A stretch of 64,000 nt of DNA, from contig CANQCR010000003.1 in the NCBI GenBank assembly GCA_947589735.1, forward strand, positions 37,324-101,323. Direction: 5' to 3'. The DNA is from an uncultured Bacilli bacterium. Its GTDB lineage: Bacteria; Bacillota_I; Bacilli_A; RF39; UBA660. Shown here in pieces: positions 8,679 through 18,045 of the stretch (position 1 is its first letter; every line of letters starts with the position of its first letter). Below the pieces are notes generated by a model. That model was given only the letters and a program-made list of their open reading frames with translations. It had not been told where the DNA came from and searched no databases. The translations under genes were made by a program, and so were the position numbers.

Positions 8679-9947
8679 TTAGATAGTAAGGTGAATAGCG
8701 GTAACAGACACGCCCTGGCCAAAAGCCGTCGTAACTGTTTCTAGATCCCCAATCTTATCAACATCAAAAAGGATTCCGTTTTCTTCCCCATTTAGTTCAA
8801 TACCTGTTTTAACCCCAAAACCAAAATCTTTAATATATTTAAATAATTTTTCTTTACCTAATTTATAACCGATACTGACAAATCCCGTATTACATGAGTT
8901 TTCGACAACTTCTAAATAGGTTTGATGGCCATGGCCACCATGTTTCCAACAATGAATTGTCGCTCCACTTACTTTCACACTACCCGTATCATAATAGTAG
9001 TCTTTATCTAAATCAATTAAGTTTTCTTCTAAAGCCGAAGCTAACGATATAATCTTAAATGTTGATCCCGGTTCATAAGTCATCCAAATGGGAAGATTAC
9101 GATTAATCTCTTCGGTCGCATAATCTTGATAATGCAATGGGGAAAAAGTCGGACGAGATGCGATAGCTAATACTTCGCCGGTGTTAGGATCCATTATTAT
9201 GCCCCAAGCCCCATCGGGATTATACATATTAATAGCGTTATCTAATTCTCTTTCTAAAGCTTCTTGCAACTTATAGTTAATGGTTAGGGTAATATTCATT
9301 CCCGCCTGGGGTTGTTCATATTTTTGACTTAACTTTAATTTTTCACCCTTCGCATCACTATAATATTTAATCGCACCATAGCTTCCCGTTAAATAATCAT
9401 CATAGATGAGTTCTAAACCGCTTAAACCTTGATTATCTATTCCAACAAAACCAAGTGTATTAGCTAAAAGCGTATCATAAGGATAATCCCTCTTCGCTTC
9501 TTTAACAAGATAGACGCCATCTAATTTTAAAGCATTTATCTTATCCGCTACTAAATTACTAAGTCGTCTTCCCTCCGGGTGAACCCGTTCGATAGATGTC
9601 TTTTTACTTGTGTGCGCTAACATATCATCATATGGAACTTCTAAAATGTTAGCTAAAGCTGAAGCCGTCTTTTCCTTATCTTTAATTTGATTAGGAATCA
9701 ATACTAAGGATGTCGTCGTTACATTACCTGCTAAAGTAACCCCTTCCCGGTCATAGATATTTCCTCGGTTAGCTTCTAAAGGTAGATTACGACTCCATAA
9801 GTCATTCGCATATTTATTTAATTTATCATAACTAAATACTTGGATATAAAAAACTTTGCCAATGATTATTATAAACATCATTATAATTATGACTAAAACA
9901 AAGCGCATTCTTTCGTTCATTTTTTTAATAAACATATCATCACCCAT
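8679..9947 (-). pseudogene. C-terminally truncated class B penicillin-binding protein (FtsI/PBP2B-like)
   Basis: N-terminal TM segment, dimerisation domain, and the STFK and SCN motifs are present. The ORF stops before the KTG motif. Only about 300 bp of non-coding sequence follows. Confidence 0.6.
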
Positions 9948-9959
9948 ATTATTTTATGA

Positions 9960-10003
9960 ATTAAAGATGTTTATTAATAAAGAAAAGAGAAATATTTCTC
10001 TTT
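9960..10003 (-). terminator. Putative terminator after the HAD/GT-C gene
   Basis: AAGAGAAAT/ATTTCTCTT palindrome followed by a T-rich run. Confidence 0.35.
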
Positions 10004-13000
10004 TTAGGCGGTTATAAGTAAGAATAATTCAGCTGCCGATAAGACATTGGTTGGTTCAATTTTATTTTTAATAAAATAAGTACCCAAGAATGTTAATTTA
10101 GCATAATCAGCCCTAGTATCAGCTTTCTTCCAAGATAATGGATATAACTGATTACTCAATGTCATACTAGCTTTATCACCTAATAAGTGACGCTGTTCGT
10201 AAGCTAAAGATGGGTCATTATCGTTAAATACGATGACACGTAATTTACTTACATTTTCATCAGTATACCAAAAAGCATTAGTATGATTATCTGTCTTTTT
10301 ATAGTCGTAGGCTAGATCAAGATTAAATTGTGATAGACCGAATTTTAACCATAATGTCTGATAATCTGGGTAATCAATAGCTTTAGAATTAGTAAGATAC
10401 TTACCTAGTTTATCTTCAACCTTAATAGTATCAGCTTCTTTGATAATCTTTTTAACCATATCATTATCTTTATCCGTAACTAATGATAATAGATATAATA
10501 ATTCACCTAGATTAGTTACATCTTTATCTTTCGTATCATATATATCATCAATAGATAAAATCCAATCTTTGATTATATCAATGTTATCTGTCTTCTTAAG
10601 AACCATTGCGGCCACGGCGGCATCTTTATACTGTGGTTTATCATAAGTAAACACATTAGGATAAATAATACCATCTTTAATATTAATTAATATCTCTTGA
10701 TATAATACATTTAATAATTCACTATACTTATAATCATCAAAACGTGGTAACGAAATATCCTCTTCGGTATTAGGAACTATATCATCATCATTATCACTAA
10801 TGATGTGAACAGCTTTTTCATCTTCCACAATTTTATAGAATTTATTATCCTTTGTCTTTATTAAAACAGTATATAGATTAGGAATAATAAGTTGTTCTAA
10901 AACATCAAAGCGCCTATAAACTTTTTCTGTGGCAATATCTCTTAAAACACCATTTTGGTAAATGTATTTATCACGGTTACCCATTCCATAAAGTAAAAAT
11001 TTCTCATTATTAAATCGCTTATTAATAACAATATTTTTTTCGCCGACAAAAGCCTTATACTGATCTTTATACTTTTGATAAGCTTCAACTTCATCTTCAT
11101 AGTAGGCACTTAAACTCTTAGATGGTGAGGGGATACTTAATTTACCATATATATTATTACTTGCGCGGTAATTATTAAAAGTCTCAAAACGAATAAATAG
11201 TATTGATGTAATAAAGATGCATAGGCACCCTACTATCAAAAGAATGGTTTTATGGTGACGAATATACTTTTTAATTAAAAGTCCAGCTGAAAAGATAAGA
11301 ACAATTATAGCAATAATAAAAGGTATAAAAATGATAAGTTCTTTAATAATCGCTAAATGGCTAGAAATAAACTCCATCTTAAAGTGTTTATTTAAAGCGA
11401 CAAGCAATTGTTTAAAGCCAATAACATTACTAAAAAGTTCAAACAAGAAGAAAAATATTAAAAAGATGCTCGTAATCTTATATTGACGACGATTATTAAG
11501 GGCAAAGAGTAAAATCACTAAGTATATGATATTTTCTGAATAAAGAAAAGCATTATCATTTCCATATAAAATGTGTAAAAAGCTCATACCCAGTAAACTT
11601 ACTAAAAGCCCGAGATTTAAAATCTTATTATGCTTAAAATTAATAATGATAAGACATATTAAAAGTCCATAAAAAAGAGTAATGATAATAGTTTTAATAT
11701 AATTTGGTTTAACAAATCCTAAAATAGTCTTAGAGTCAGGGTTATTTTCATCATAATACGTCTCTTTAATCTTACTAGCAGCAATACCGTTCATATAGAT
11801 ATCATTATAAACATTTTGTGCTTTCGCAAGTGTTATATCGTATGAAACATATTCCCCTTCAGCGGCTTGACTATTATCCATAACACCTCTAACAATATTT
11901 TTAGGCGTTATCCAGATTAGTTCTTGGACAATCGTCAATACAATAATAGCGAGAATAGTCAGTAAATGAATCGTAATAAACTTCTTAAAGTTAACTTTTT
12001 TACCAAGCCATAAAACTAATGTACCAACGCCAAAGACAGTATAATTAGTTAGTAATATACCCGCTGTTAAAATGCCAAGTGCGATATAGCGGTATAACTT
12101 AAAAGTCCGGTAATGGTTAAAATCTAAAAAGATGTTATACCAAAGAAGAATAAATGATAAAGCTGATAAAGAATATATTTCAAAAGTTGTATTAAAAACT
12201 AAAGAACTAAAAGAAAAACCATATATCAATGTCAGAACAAAATTAACAATTTTATTTTGACTAATAAGACATAAAGATTGGTATAAGTATTTAATACAAA
12301 GCCCACCGATCAAAGACATAAAAAGGCCAAGCGCAAAAACACCATTATGCGTAAATCCTTGAAGTAATAAAATAAGGGGTTGGAAGAGTATTATAAGTGG
12401 ATGAACACCAATTCGGGAATTATGGTCATAAATAATGGTTGAAAAGTCATTATAAACTCGACCTGTATCTGATTGAAAAAGAAAGTCCCAATTACTGGTT
12501 AGGTCATGATTATAATTAATTAACATATCTAAAACAAAATAGATAATGAAAAAAATTATTCCTAGACAGGTTCCCGTTTTCTTAACCCGGTCATGATAAA
12601 GTTTATTAACGTCATACGCTAATATTTCTCCATTAGAAACCATATAGGCATTATTAGATGCTGAAGCGATAAAGCGGTCGGTATAAGAATCAGAATAAGA
12701 ATTATTAATACTAAACTTTTTATAATTTTTCTTAAGATATTCTAATTTATTCTCACCTCGACAATTATCATCTAACCATTCTCCAGTTTTAATTGAAGCC
12801 GTGGATGCAATAACTGTTTTAACACCTAATTTATGTCCAATTGGTTCGATTAAAAAGTTTGGTGAAGCACTTAAAATTACTGCCTGTTGGTCATTTGCAA
12901 GCAATTTTTTTAATTCCGGATAAATCTTTTTTTCATGGGTCTGCCAAAACTCATCAACTAGAGCTTCGGGATCATCAAAATAACGTAAAAAAGAAAAGTA

Positions 13001-13216
13001 AACTGTTTTAAACTTTTCTTTTTTTATAAAATGGAAAAGATATAAAACCATATATAAGAATATCTTAGGAAACAGTAAGATATTCTTTTTTCTTTTTTGT
13101 AATGCAAAAAGGAAAAAATCAACGGCACTATCACCATTGTAAATCGTGCCATCAAAATCATATACATTAATTTTATTATTAGATTGCATATAAAACGACC
13201 CCCATATATAAGCCAT
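10004..13216 (-). CDS. Fusion of a HAD-family phosphatase (N-terminal) with a large polytopic GT-C-like membrane glycosyltransferase carrying a C-terminal extracytoplasmic domain
   Basis: DFDGT HAD motif; more than 12 predicted TM helices; a roughly 370-aa soluble C-terminus; a 38-nt overlap with the upstream UbiA-family gene. Confidence 0.6.
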   Translation of the reverse strand: MAYIWGSFYMQSNNKINVYDFDGTIYNGDSAVDFFLFALQKRKKNILLFPKIFLYMVLYLFHFIKKEKFKTVYFSFLRYFDDPEALVDEFWQTHEKKIYPELKKLLANDQQAVILSASPNFLIEPIGHKLGVKTVIASTASIKTGEWLDDNCRGENKLEYLKKNYKKFSINNSYSDSYTDRFIASASNNAYMVSNGEILAYDVNKLYHDRVKKTGTCLGIIFFIIYFVLDMLINYNHDLTSNWDFLFQSDTGRVYNDFSTIIYDHNSRIGVHPLIILFQPLILLLQGFTHNGVFALGLFMSLIGGLCIKYLYQSLCLISQNKIVNFVLTLIYGFSFSSLVFNTTFEIYSLSALSFILLWYNIFLDFNHYRTFKLYRYIALGILTAGILLTNYTVFGVGTLVLWLGKKVNFKKFITIHLLTILAIIVLTIVQELIWITPKNIVRGVMDNSQAAEGEYVSYDITLAKAQNVYNDIYMNGIAASKIKETYYDENNPDSKTILGFVKPNYIKTIIITLFYGLLICLIIINFKHNKILNLGLLVSLLGMSFLHILYGNDNAFLYSENIIYLVILLFALNNRRQYKITSIFLIFFFLFELFSNVIGFKQLLVALNKHFKMEFISSHLAIIKELIIFIPFIIAIIVLIFSAGLLIKKYIRHHKTILLIVGCLCIFITSILFIRFETFNNYRASNNIYGKLSIPSPSKSLSAYYEDEVEAYQKYKDQYKAFVGEKNIVINKRFNNEKFLLYGMGNRDKYIYQNGVLRDIATEKVYRRFDVLEQLIIPNLYTVLIKTKDNKFYKIVEDEKAVHIISDNDDDIVPNTEEDISLPRFDDYKYSELLNVLYQEILINIKDGIIYPNVFTYDKPQYKDAAVAAMVLKKTDNIDIIKDWILSIDDIYDTKDKDVTNLGELLYLLSLVTDKDNDMVKKIIKEADTIKVEDKLGKYLTNSKAIDYPDYQTLWLKFGLSQFNLDLAYDYKKTDNHTNAFWYTDENVSKLRVIVFNDNDPSLAYEQRHLLGDKASMTLSNQLYPLSWKKADTRADYAKLTFLGTYFIKNKIEPTNVLSAAELFLLITA

Positions 13217-14042
13217 AAACGAGAATACTAAAAATTAAAACTTTATCATTAATAACAACATCCACAGGATCTCCAAAAGAATCACCATCAATAACTAATG
13301 AATAACGCATTAAAACGAAAACGACAATTAAAATACTAGCTAAAAGATAAGGTGAATTAACCGCATTAGCCCATAAAGAATAAAAAACGATGGTTAAGGT
13401 TAAAAAGATATTAAGAAAATTATTTAAATAATCTTTATTATAATATTTTAAAACTTCCCGGGATTCACTACCATTTTTAAGATACTCATTTCTTCTTTTA
13501 CCTAAAGCAGCATAGAAGGAAAAAGATAGAACTGTTAAATATAACCAATTAGATATTTCAACACCAATAGCTACCCCACCATAAATGACACGAATAATAA
13601 AACCAATCGCTAAAATAAAGATATCAACAATAGGAATATGCTTTAATTTTAAAGAATATAAGATGTTTATTAAAAGATAGCCATATAATAAAATAAAAGT
13701 ATAGACTAAAGAATAGTTATCATAAAAAAGATATGGAATAAAGTTAATAACAGAAGCAGTTATAAAGAGTATTATTATAAAGGTAAAAGCACTTTTTACC
13801 TTTATAATACCACTAGCTAGTGGTCGATCTTTTTTTATGGGATGCTTCTTATCTTTTTCTATATCACATATATCGTTAATAATATAGACAATGGAACACA
13901 TCAAAGAAAAAGAAATCAAGTTTAATATATTGGTTCCTAACATTTCAAAGTTTAAAATATTGCCACTAAAAATAATAGCCGCAAATATTAAAAAATTTTT
14001 CATATAGTGTTTAACACGCATTAATTTAAGATAATTTTTCAT
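13179..14042 (-). CDS. UbiA prenyltransferase family, decaprenyl-phosphate phosphoribosyltransferase (DPPR synthase)-like
   Basis: NDICDIEKDKK and RPLASG motifs, with 8-9 TM helices. Confidence 0.7.
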   Translation of the reverse strand: MKNYLKLMRVKHYMKNFLIFAAIIFSGNILNFEMLGTNILNLISFSLMCSIVYIINDICDIEKDKKHPIKKDRPLASGIIKVKSAFTFIIILFITASVINFIPYLFYDNYSLVYTFILLYGYLLINILYSLKLKHIPIVDIFILAIGFIIRVIYGGVAIGVEISNWLYLTVLSFSFYAALGKRRNEYLKNGSESREVLKYYNKDYLNNFLNIFLTLTIVFYSLWANAVNSPYLLASILIVVFVLMRYSLVIDGDSFGDPVDVVINDKVLIFSILVYGLYMGVVLYAI

Positions 14043-14149
14043 GATTCACCTACAATCGCCATAAACATCAATATTATAACATTATTTACTGTATTAAGCA
14101 ATTAAAACCATCATCAAGGAAATCCTAATTATCGCTATTATTTTATTAA

Positions 14150-14185
14150 TTAAAAGTGACGACAATAAAAAGAAGACTTATTTGT
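14150..14185 (-). terminator. Terminator of the histidine kinase gene
   Basis: AGAAGAC-N6-GTCTTCT hairpin followed by TTTTTATT. The hairpin includes the stop codon. Confidence 0.5.
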
Positions 14186-16106
14186 CTTCTTTCTCTTTTA
14201 ATGGTGTATCTAAATCATATATTTCACTTGGAAGTGGTTCAAATGATACTTCTCTAGTAACATCAATATCAACAAGAGTTTTAGATAAAACTCGTTCAAG
14301 TTCTTTCTTATCAATCGGTTTAGATAGATAATCAACAAAACCCGCTTCAAGATATTTTTCTTTCATACCCTCTAGCGCATTAGCCGTAAGAACAACGACT
14401 GGAGTATTAAAATGATCTAATTTTTTTAATTCTTGTAAAGTCTCTGTTCCAGATATTTTAGGCATCATATCATCCATTAAAATTAAATCATAATTATCCT
14501 CTTTAACTTTTAAAAGACAATCGGTGCCACTTTCACATTCAGTAACATCAACATGATATTGTTCTAAAAGACGAACTGCTACCTTTAGGTTAATACGATT
14601 ATCATCAACGACCAATACCTTTTTATCACTAACATCAAGAATCTTAACGGGTTCAATTACCCTTTTCATTTTCTTTTCAGTATTAGTGTGAATTTCTTGT
14701 TTCAAATAAACGGTAAACTTAGATCCTTCACCATATTTACTTTGAACGATGACTTTACCTCCCATCATTTCAGCAAGTCTTTTGGTAATAGCAAGACCTA
14801 ATCCCGTTCCTTCTAAAGTCGTATTACGATCTTCTTCTAAACGTTCAAACTTATCGAAGATTTTATCAATCTTATCCGGTTTAATACCCCGCCCTGTATC
14901 TTCAACAGAAATAACAATGGTACTTTCATTATTACGATTAATACAGCTAACTTCAATAGCGATATATCCTTGCTCCGTATATTTAATAGCGTTAGTTAAA
15001 ATATTAGAAACAATTTGTCTAATTTTACCGATATCGCCATATAAGTTATATGGTAAGTCTTCAGCAAAATTAACTTTTAACTGAATTGGTTTTTCGCCAA
15101 TCCGAGGTTGGATTAATTTAATTAACTCATTTAATTCATTTTTTAGGTTATATTCAATATTAACAAACTCAACCTTATCGGCTTCAATTTTGGAAATATC
15201 CAAAATACCATTAACGATTTCTAAAAGATTTTGGGATGCGATAACAATATCTTGAGCATCCTTTTTCGCACTTTCTAGTGTTTCATCAGTTAGGATACAT
15301 TCACTAAAGCCCACAATCGCATTTAAAGGTGTCCTTATTTCATGTGACATATTAGATAAGAAATCCGTTTTAGCTTTATTAGCTTTCTCAGCTTTATCAC
15401 GAGCTAAAGATACTTGTTCTAACATTTTAACATCAGGGTTTTCAATGGTAAAATACATAAGATAACATAGAATAGCTAAGATAAAATCATAGATAATTAA
15501 TTCTGGAAAGTAGATAAGAACAAAATAGAAAAATACTAATAAAGCTAAAATCAAAAAGATAGGAAGATACCGTTTATCTAAATGTTTAATATTTAAAAGA
15601 GCAATAAACATCGACATAACTAATAAAATTAACATGACCAACAATCCAAAATCAATAAGTGGTCCTTTAACATTTGTCACACTACCTACTTCATATATTT
15701 CAACGGATAAAAAGCAAGTAATAATAAATATTAAAGTATTAAAGATAATAAGACATATATTAATCACATTAAACTTATTTTTAAGTTTAGGAAAAGTAAT
15801 TATTAAGGTATAGGCAAACAAAGAACTCAAAACAATGGAAAAACCAAGTAGCATAAAACGGTTCATCCAAGTAAATAACGATACGTAAAAGCCCGTCGTA
15901 ATCGTCGCAAAAGGATTTATCGCACATATTGAATGCGCAACAAAATCAATAAATATTTCAAAAATAGACGCTATTAAAATAACACTATAAAATCTATTTT
16001 CAATAAGATCCGCTTTTTCTTTATGAAAATAAACAAATGTTAAAAGAGCCATAAATACAAATGACACTAATGGTATTTCAAACTCAACAGATAGATTATT
16101 TACCAT
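14178..16106 (-). CDS. Hybrid sensor histidine kinase with a multi-TM sensor, HisKA, HATPase and a C-terminal receiver domain
   Basis: H-box SHEIRTPLNAI; G-boxes; a receiver with DDNRINL...ILMDDMMP. Confidence 0.85.
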   Translation of the reverse strand: MVNNLSVEFEIPLVSFVFMALLTFVYFHKEKADLIENRFYSVILIASIFEIFIDFVAHSICAINPFATITTGFYVSLFTWMNRFMLLGFSIVLSSLFAYTLIITFPKLKNKFNVINICLIIFNTLIFIITCFLSVEIYEVGSVTNVKGPLIDFGLLVMLILLVMSMFIALLNIKHLDKRYLPIFLILALLVFFYFVLIYFPELIIYDFILAILCYLMYFTIENPDVKMLEQVSLARDKAEKANKAKTDFLSNMSHEIRTPLNAIVGFSECILTDETLESAKKDAQDIVIASQNLLEIVNGILDISKIEADKVEFVNIEYNLKNELNELIKLIQPRIGEKPIQLKVNFAEDLPYNLYGDIGKIRQIVSNILTNAIKYTEQGYIAIEVSCINRNNESTIVISVEDTGRGIKPDKIDKIFDKFERLEEDRNTTLEGTGLGLAITKRLAEMMGGKVIVQSKYGEGSKFTVYLKQEIHTNTEKKMKRVIEPVKILDVSDKKVLVVDDNRINLKVAVRLLEQYHVDVTECESGTDCLLKVKEDNYDLILMDDMMPKISGTETLQELKKLDHFNTPVVVLTANALEGMKEKYLEAGFVDYLSKPIDKKELERVLSKTLVDIDVTREVSFEPLPSEIYDLDTPLKEKEDK

Positions 16107-16149
16107 ACCTACACACCCTCTATCATATAGATTATATCAAAAAACTAAA

Positions 16150-16185
16150 AAATAATAAAGGTTATTTGCCTTTATTATTTTGCCA
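16150..16185 (-). terminator. Terminator overlapping the stop codon of the acyltransferase gene
   Basis: AATAAAGG-N7-CCTTTATT hairpin followed on the minus strand by ATTTTTTAGTTTTTT. Confidence 0.5.
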
Positions 16186-17163
16186 ATGGGTTTTAATATA
16201 TTTTTTAAAATTATATTTTTCATCTTCAATTCGTCGCCGAACAATAGGATACATAATACCGATATTATCTTTAGTTAAAACGACCTTATCAAAACTCTTT
16301 CTAACATCATCAGCATATGTAATTCTCTTGTCGCGATAAGTCGATAATTCCTCATCCCAAACATCACGGGTCCATTTAACTTGTAAATATTCATCAACCC
16401 TATCTTGCATAAACTGGGTATGATAATCACTAGCTAAGCTATCGCGCATCAAAGGAGTACTATATTTTTCAATCATTGTATACTGCATTGTAGCCATTTG
16501 ATCTCTTAGTAACGATAATGCTTCATCCTTTTCTAAAGAGCCAATATCTAGTGGTTCACCTACCATAATATGAACTTCTTTAAGTTCTGGTGCATAAAAA
16601 GTAGCCATAGGAACAACTTTCTTACCCGTTTCCTTAGCCAAGATATATGGGCCTGCAAAAAGCGGTTGCACTAGTAAGTTTTCCGTATTATTTAAGCCTC
16701 CTTCGGGAAACATTAAAACACTTGTTCCACTTTCAAGAACGCGGATTTGCTTTAAAATAGAATCTTTGCGACTTTGTGGGTCTAATCTATTAACATAAAT
16801 CATTCCGTTTATCCAAGCAAAATAACTTTGTGGGTTATGTTCAATTTGATCAGTTGTACCTAATAAAATATAGGCATTGCGATCAATCGATGCCAAACTC
16901 GAAATAATATCCTCATCAAAATAATGCGTTGTTGCAAAAATATATGGTTCATCAGGATTCAAATTAGGGTATGAATCGATAACTAGTTTATTTTTTGCTG
17001 CCATTTTTAAAACAAGACGAACACCAGGATTAATATAGCGACGTAATTTTAGTCCTGTTTTAGTCGTAAAAGTATCAACATTTGAAAATTTTACTCTTCC
17101 TAATAAGATATTTTTAACTATCATACTCATTCCCCCCAATTTCATTATATCATAAATGAGCAA
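16162..17163 (-). CDS. Lysophospholipid/glycerol-phosphate acyltransferase family protein (LPLAT)
   Basis: HX4D motif (THYFDED) and FPEGG motif. Confidence 0.7.
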   Translation of the reverse strand: MLIYDIMKLGGMSMIVKNILLGRVKFSNVDTFTTKTGLKLRRYINPGVRLVLKMAAKNKLVIDSYPNLNPDEPYIFATTHYFDEDIISSLASIDRNAYILLGTTDQIEHNPQSYFAWINGMIYVNRLDPQSRKDSILKQIRVLESGTSVLMFPEGGLNNTENLLVQPLFAGPYILAKETGKKVVPMATFYAPELKEVHIMVGEPLDIGSLEKDEALSLLRDQMATMQYTMIEKYSTPLMRDSLASDYHTQFMQDRVDEYLQVKWTRDVWDEELSTYRDKRITYADDVRKSFDKVVLTKDNIGIMYPIVRRRIEDEKYNFKKYIKTHWQNNKGK

Positions 17164-17174
17164 GAAAAAAGATA

Positions 17175-17348
17175 CTAAATAGTATCTTCAGATTCGTCTT
17201 TAGCGAATAATCTAGATATTCCAAAGACAATTACAAGTGTCATCATTACGAGTAGAATCTTAATAAACATATCAGATGGTAAGAAAGAAATTATTTTATC
17301 TGTTATGTCGATTAGTGCTGTCTCAATTTGTAATGTTATCGCACCCAT
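17175..17348 (-). CDS. 57-aa small membrane protein (MGAITLQIETALIDITDKIISFLPSDMFIKILLVMMTLVIVFGISRLFAKDESEDTI)
   Basis: Strong SD AAGGAGG 6 nt before the ATG; one C-terminal TM helix; its own hairpin/T-tract terminator at 17160-17190. It is below the ORF-track length cutoff. Confidence 0.5.
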   Translation of the reverse strand: MGAITLQIETALIDITDKIISFLPSDMFIKILLVMMTLVIVFGISRLFAKDESEDTI

Positions 17349-17406
17349 ATAAGTCCTCCTTCATTTACCCTATCTATTCACATATTCATTATACCGCGGA
17401 TGAAAA

Positions 17407-18045
17407 TTAATTGTCAAATTTTGGTTGATTATCACTTTCCCCTTTATTTTCAAGGATTAAATCTAAAACAGCCTGATATAATTTTTCATTTGCTTTATCA
17501 AGTTGCATATTATCAACTTTAAAGGGCTTACCATAACGAATAGTAAGATTCTTACTTCGAAACTTATAATCACCGGTTATCCCAAAAGGAACGAGATAAG
17601 CGTTAGTCTTTTTAGCCATCGCCACCGCTCCATATTTAAAAGGTAATAGTATTTCATCCGTTTTATTTCTTGTTCCTTCCGGGAATAAACCGATAGCACC
17701 GTTATCTTTTAAGACGGATATGGCAAGCGCTTGCGCTACTTTATCGCCATGAGCCCGGTCGACACTAATACAACCGGTACCTTTAAAAAACCACGCTACC
17801 TTAGCATCATCAAAGTATTCTTTTTTAGCCATATAGTGAATACCACGCTTGGTAGCAACAATCGTAAGACACTGATCATACAAGTGTTTATGATTACCAA
17901 CGATAATAATAGGTCCATCTTTAGGAATATTTTCCTTACCAATTATTTTAGGACGATAATAAAGTTTAAAGATAGGTCCTAAAATAAAGCGACCAAAGCG
18001 ATATAAGAATGGAACTTTACTCGTCATCGCTAGCTCCGATATCAC
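17407..18045 (-). CDS. plsC: 1-acyl-sn-glycerol-3-phosphate acyltransferase
   Basis: NHKHLYD (HX4D) and FPEGTRN motifs. Confidence 0.75.
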   Translation of the reverse strand: MISELAMTSKVPFLYRFGRFILGPIFKLYYRPKIIGKENIPKDGPIIIVGNHKHLYDQCLTIVATKRGIHYMAKKEYFDDAKVAWFFKGTGCISVDRAHGDKVAQALAISVLKDNGAIGLFPEGTRNKTDEILLPFKYGAVAMAKKTNAYLVPFGITGDYKFRSKNLTIRYGKPFKVDNMQLDKANEKLYQAVLDLILENKGESDNQPKFDN

